Shown here one piece after another: positions 37,728 to 39,651 of a stretch of 39,651 nucleotides of DNA (its first letter is position 1; the number at the start of each line of letters is the position of its first letter). Below the pieces are notes generated by a model, which worked only from the letters and a program-made list of their open reading frames with translations, searched no databases and was not told the DNA's origin. The DNA is from Escherichia phage MeretOppenheim_Bas102. A program made the translations under genes and the position numbers. The stretch lies in the sequence record PQ850620.1, one strand, 5' to 3'.

Positions 37728-39596
37728 ATGGCTAACGTAATTAAAACCGTTTTGACTTACCAGTTAGATGGCTCCAATCGTGATTTTAATATTCCGTTTG
37801 AGTATCTAGCCCGTAAGTTCGTAGTGGTAACCATTATTGGTGTAGACCGCAAGGTCCTTACGATTAATACAGACTATCGTTTTGCTACTCGTACTACCAT
37901 CTCACTGACCAAGGCTTGGGGTCCAGCGGATGGATACACGACCATCGAGTTGCGCCGAGTAACCTCCACGACAGACCGCTTGGTTGACTTTACGGACGGC
38001 TCAATCCTCCGTGCGTATGACCTAAACGTTGCTCAGATTCAAACGATGCACGTAGCGGAAGAGGCCCGTGACCTTACTGCTGATACCATAGGTGTCAATA
38101 ATGATGGTCACTTGGATGCTCGTGGTCGCCGTATTGTGAACCTAGCGAACGCTGTGGATGACCGTGACGCTGTTCCGTTCGGGCAACTTAAGACCATGAA
38201 CCAGAACTCGTGGCAGGCGCGTAATGAGGCTCAAGGTTTCCGTAATGAGGCTGAGACTTTCAGAAATCAAGCGGAGGGCTTTAAGACTGAGTCTGGCACT
38301 AACGCTGCTAATACGAAGCAGTGGCGTGATGAGACCAAAGGTTTCCGAGATGAAGCTGAGCAGTTCAAGAATACTGCTGGTCAATATGCTACATCTGCTG
38401 GCAACTCTGCTACCGCCGCACATCAATCTGAGGTAAACGCTGGGAACTCCGCTACAGCCTCCGCTAATTCCGCTAATTTGGCAGAACAGCAAGCAGACCG
38501 AGCGGAACGCGAAGCAGACAAGTTGGGTAACTGGAATGCACTTGCAGGGGCCATTGATAGTGTCGATGGTAACAATGTCATGTTTAAAGGGGACATTCGA
38601 ACACCAAATAACATTGTAGGTGGTGGCTTAATCTCCAACGGTGCTGGTCATTTTGAGAAAGGAGTGCGTATTAGAGAGGGATTAGATGTTATAGGGGACA
38701 TTGCGGCACATAAGGATGTGTGGGTAGATGGTGTGGTTGTTGCCAATGGCGGTATACAGCAACAATCAGGGCCTAATTCAAGTAACGATATGTGGCGACT
38801 GTATATTAAAGGGGGACCACGGTATATCGGATACAGCCAAGGTCTTCATCTTGGTTGGAACGAGAGCGGTGGGTGGGGTGAATCATGCTTTGTTACTAAC
38901 AAAGGCGCAGGTAGCGGAGGTTTTGTTTTCCGCACGGTAAACTTTGAGAACAGTGTTGAGATTGGTCGCGTTACATTCAATGGTAACGGTGGGGTACGCG
39001 CCTACGATTTCCAAACAGTTAATGGTGCTCGTATTGAGGCTGGGAATAATATAGTTTGCGCGAGCATCTTCGCAGGAATGGGCGGCTGCGCGTTAGATAC
39101 TGTAGGTAACTTAGTAAACGGTGTATGGAACAACGTTGGTGGTGATTTGTATAACTACCTACAGAACAAGTCCCACTTCGCTAAGCCACCTGCTGGGGTT
39201 AAATTGTTTACATCACGCGGTGGTGACTACCTTGAGGGTGTGGTGGATGCTACCGCTGTTGGGTTCCGCTGGTTCAATTCTGACAGAAGGCTTAAAGAAA
39301 ACATAAAGGTTGTACGTTCCGCTGATGATATGCTTAAGATTATCCGCTCATACATCCCGGTTTCCTATAAGTATAAGGACTCTGAGCATGTTGATAAGCG
39401 CGGCAGAACGGTAAGTGTTACTGGTAAGAACTCTCGTGCCGGTTTCATTACTCAGGATTTGATTCGAATCTGGCCAGAGGCGGTTGACGTACTATCCGAT
39501 GGTATGCAATCTCCAGACCCTAACCAAATCATTGGCGGACTAATGCTTCTTGTCAAGAACCTTGACGAACGCGTACAGGAGTTGGAGAAAAAATAA
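37728..39596 (+). CDS. 17: tail fibre protein (gp17), mosaic: T7-like N-terminal tail-attachment/coiled-coil region, divergent receptor-binding region, C-terminal S74-type intramolecular chaperone domain
   Basis: 622-aa ORF; residues 1 to ~285 recognisable as T7 gp17 (MANVIKTVLTYQLDGSNRDFNIPFEYLARKF...); downstream sequence differs from T7 as I recall it; C-terminal ~105 aa begin with SDRRLKENI, the conserved cleavage-site signature of self-cleaving chaperone domains. Confidence 0.9.
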   Translation: MANVIKTVLTYQLDGSNRDFNIPFEYLARKFVVVTIIGVDRKVLTINTDYRFATRTTISLTKAWGPADGYTTIELRRVTSTTDRLVDFTDGSILRAYDLNVAQIQTMHVAEEARDLTADTIGVNNDGHLDARGRRIVNLANAVDDRDAVPFGQLKTMNQNSWQARNEAQGFRNEAETFRNQAEGFKTESGTNAANTKQWRDETKGFRDEAEQFKNTAGQYATSAGNSATAAHQSEVNAGNSATASANSANLAEQQADRAEREADKLGNWNALAGAIDSVDGNNVMFKGDIRTPNNIVGGGLISNGAGHFEKGVRIREGLDVIGDIAAHKDVWVDGVVVANGGIQQQSGPNSSNDMWRLYIKGGPRYIGYSQGLHLGWNESGGWGESCFVTNKGAGSGGFVFRTVNFENSVEIGRVTFNGNGGVRAYDFQTVNGARIEAGNNIVCASIFAGMGGCALDTVGNLVNGVWNNVGGDLYNYLQNKSHFAKPPAGVKLFTSRGGDYLEGVVDATAVGFRWFNSDRRLKENIKVVRSADDMLKIIRSYIPVSYKYKDSEHVDKRGRTVSVTGKNSRAGFITQDLIRIWPEAVDVLSDGMQSPDPNQIIGGLMLLVKNLDERVQELEKK

Positions 39597-39651
39597 CGTT
39601 TAAGGATAACACCAGATTAGGACCAAGGATGGTCTTTAATAAGGAGGATAC

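Noticed and set aside
38200-38500. Apparent tandem DNA repeats inside the tail fibre gene
   Set aside because: They encode the repeated coiled-coil segment of the fibre shaft (RNEAQGFRNEAETFRNQAEGFK...), so they reflect protein-level periodicity rather than a non-coding repeat element.

Overview
The window is a complete, circularly permuted genome (39,651 bp) of a T7-like lytic podophage (Autographiviridae, Teseptimavirus-like), with every gene on the + strand. It starts at holin gene 17.5, runs through packaging genes 18-19.5, crosses the genome-end junction (one collapsed copy of the ~160-bp terminal repeat near 3405-3564), then continues through the early region (E. coli promoters A1-A3, ocr, 0.7 kinase, single-subunit RNA polymerase), the DNA metabolism genes and structural genes 8-17. 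Seventeen T7-consensus phage promoters, Tphi and a TE-like terminator, and RNase III sites are recognisable. The main finding is that the DNA polymerase gene is split by a 601-nt group I intron carrying an HNH homing endonuclease ORF; the intron is supported by P1 and P10 pairings read directly from the sequence. Other departures from canonical T7: two further HNH endonuclease genes (one overlapping the ligase 3' end in place of gene 1.4, one captured between promoter phi4.3 and gene 4.3); genes 2.8, 3.8 and 5.3 absent; gene 1.7 shortened; and a tail fibre with a non-T7 C-terminal region ending in an S74-type intramolecular chaperone domain. All comparisons to T7 are from memory, not from a database search.
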